Assembly: GCF_044704955.1 (NCBI RefSeq)
Contig: NC_091999.1
Coordinates: forward strand, 64,046,001 to 64,110,000
Origin: Pristiophorus japonicus
Taxonomy: Eukaryota
Length of the DNA stretch: 64,000 nucleotides
Direction: 5' to 3'
A model generated the notes under the pieces. The model was not told the DNA's origin and made no database searches. It saw only the letters and a program-made list of their open reading frames with translations. How positions within the stretch are numbered: the first letter of the stretch is position 1; every line of letters begins with the position of its first letter. The translations under genes were made by a program, and so were the position numbers. Below, piece by piece: positions 61,989 to 64,000 of the stretch.

Positions 61989-64000
61989 GATCAGTGACCT
62001 CACAGTGGGCCTGCTCAGGGGTCAGAGAGACTGATCAGTGACCTCACAGTGGGCCTGCTCAGGAGTCAGAGAGACTGATCAGTGACCTCACAATGGGCCT
62101 GCTCAGGGGTCAGAGAGACTGATCAGTGACCTGACAATGGATCTGCTCAGGAGTCAGAGAGACTGATCAGTGACCTCACAATGGGCCTGCTCAGGGGTCA
62201 GAGAGACTGATCAGTGACCTCACAATGGGCCTGCTCAGGGGTCAGAGAGAATGATCAGTGACCTCACAATGGGCCTGCTCAGGGGTCAGAGAGACTGATC
62301 AGTGACCTCACAATGGATCTGCTCAGGGGTCAGAGAGACTGATCAGTGACCTCACAATGGATCTGCTCAGGGGTCAGAGAGACTGATCAGTGACCTCACA
62401 ATGGGCCTGCTCAGGGGTCAGAGAGACTGATCTGTGACCTCACAATGGATCTGCTCAGGGGTCAGAGGGACAGATCAGTGACCTCACAATGGGCCTGCTC
62501 AGGGGTCAGAGAGACTGATCAGTGACCTCACAATGGGCCTGCTCGGGTCAGCGAGACCGATCAGTGACCTCACAATGAGCCTGCTCAGGGGTCAGAGAGA
62601 CCGATCAGTGACCTCACAATGGGCCTGCTCAGGGGTCAGAGAGACTGATCAATGACCTCACAATGGATCTGCTCAGGGGTCAGAGAGACTGATCAGTGAC
62701 CTCACAATGGATCTGCTCAGGGGTCAGAGAGACTGATCGGTGACCTTACAATGGATCTGCTCAGGGGTCAGAGGGACAGATCAGTGACCTCACAATGGGC
62801 CTGCTCGGGTCAGAGAGACCGATTAGTGACCTCACAATGGGCCTGCTCAGGGGTCAGAGAGACTGATCAGTGACCTCACAATGGGCCTGCTCAGGGGTCA
62901 GAGAGACTGATCAGTGACCTCACAATGGATCTGCTCAGGGGTCAGAGGGACAGATCAGTGACCTCACAATGGGCCTGCTCGGATCAGAGAGACCGATCAG
63001 TGACCTCACAATTGGCCTGCTCAGGGGTCAGAGAGACTGATCAGTGACCTCACAATGGGCCTGCTCAGGGGTCAGAGGACAAGCCCAGTGACCTCACAAT
63101 GGGCCTGCTCAGGGGTCAGAGGGACCGATCAGTGACCTCACAATGGATCTGCTCAGCGGTCAGAGAGACTGATCAGTGACCTCACAATGGGCCTGCTCAG
63201 GGGTCAGAGAGACTGATCAGTGACCTCACAATGGATCTGCTCAGGGGTCAGAGGGACAGATCAGTGACTTCACAATGGGCCTGCTCAGGGGTCAGAGGGA
63301 CAGATCAGTGACCTCACAATGGATTTGCTCAGGGGTCAGAGGGACAGCTCAGTGACCTCACAATGGGCCTGCTCAGGGGTCAGAGGGACGGATCAGTGAC
63401 CTCACAATGGGCCTGCTCAGGGGTCAGAGGGACAGATCAGTGACCTCACAATGGATCTGCTCAGGGGTCAGAGAGACTGATCAGTGACCTCACAATGGGC
63501 CTGCTCAGGGGTCAGAGAGACGGATCAGTGACGTCACTATGGGCCTGCTCAGGGGTCAGAGGGACAGATCAGTGACCTCACAATGGGCCTGCTCAGGGGT
63601 CAGAGGGACAGATCAGTGACCTCACAATGGGCCTGCTCAGGGGTCAGAGGGACAGCTCAGTGACCTCACAATGGGCCTGCTCAGGGGTCAGAGTGACAGA
63701 TCAGTGACCTCACAATGGGCCTGCTCAGGGGTCAGAGGGACAGATCAGTGACCTCACAATGGATCTGCTCAGGGGTCAGAGAGACTGATCAGTGACCTCA
63801 CAATGGGCATGCTCAGGGGTCAGAGAGTCGGATCAGTGACCTCACAATGGGCCTGCTCAGGGGTCAGAGAGACAGATCAGTGACCTCACAATGGATCTGC
63901 TCAGGGGTCAGAGAGACAGATCAGTGACCTCACAATGGGCCTGCTCAGGGGTCAGAGGGACAGATCAGTGACCTCACAATGGATCTGCTCAGGGGTCAGA
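61989..64000. repeat. Homogeneous 44-bp satellite running off the right edge
   Basis: Unit gatcagtgacctcacaatgggcctgctcaggggtcagagagact (61989, 62033, ...). Confidence 0.97.

Noticed and set aside
61989-64000. CRISPR-like array
   Set aside because: No unique spacers and a eukaryotic context; the same applies to the other tandem arrays.
17100-64000. TCR J or C segments downstream of the V cluster
   Set aside because: No nonamer-12-heptamer followed by FGxG and no C1-set exon found by eye; a computational scan could still find degenerate ones.

Overview
This is repeat-dense vertebrate DNA, most likely from a cartilaginous fish (shark-type CR1 LINEs with (AGAAACAT)n tails, a DeuSINE-like SINE, a GPR139-like GPCR family member and a shark-type C2H2-ZNF exon). 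The left ~15 kb holds a co-oriented (+ strand) cluster of T-cell receptor alpha/delta-like V segments. Three are clear pseudogenes (~1.7-1.9 kb, 2.8-3.3 kb, 12.4-12.9 kb) and a fourth is a possible remnant at ~15.15 kb. V1 and V2 have readable 23-bp-spacer RSSs; V3 keeps only the heptamer. A GPR139-like pseudogene follows on the - strand (16.1-17.0 kb). The rest is nested CR1/L2/RTE/RTEX/Penelope/Harbinger/Gypsy debris and about nine different tandem repeats, with assembly gaps at 7.8, 10.6 and 41.2-43.3 kb. The only apparently intact host gene is a GC-rich 7-finger C2H2 zinc-finger exon (46.2-47.1 kb). I found no convincing new multi-gene system. The items most worth follow-up are: the TE-riddled dead TCR V cluster; a compact CpG-rich CRE/FOX-SOX/ETS/TCF dyad island at 36.7-36.95 kb; a minimal hammerhead-ribozyme-like motif at 3.94 kb; a CR1 5'UTR built from TATA-bearing 58-bp monomers; and a satellite derived from a CR1 3' end. 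TE boundaries are approximate (read by eye).
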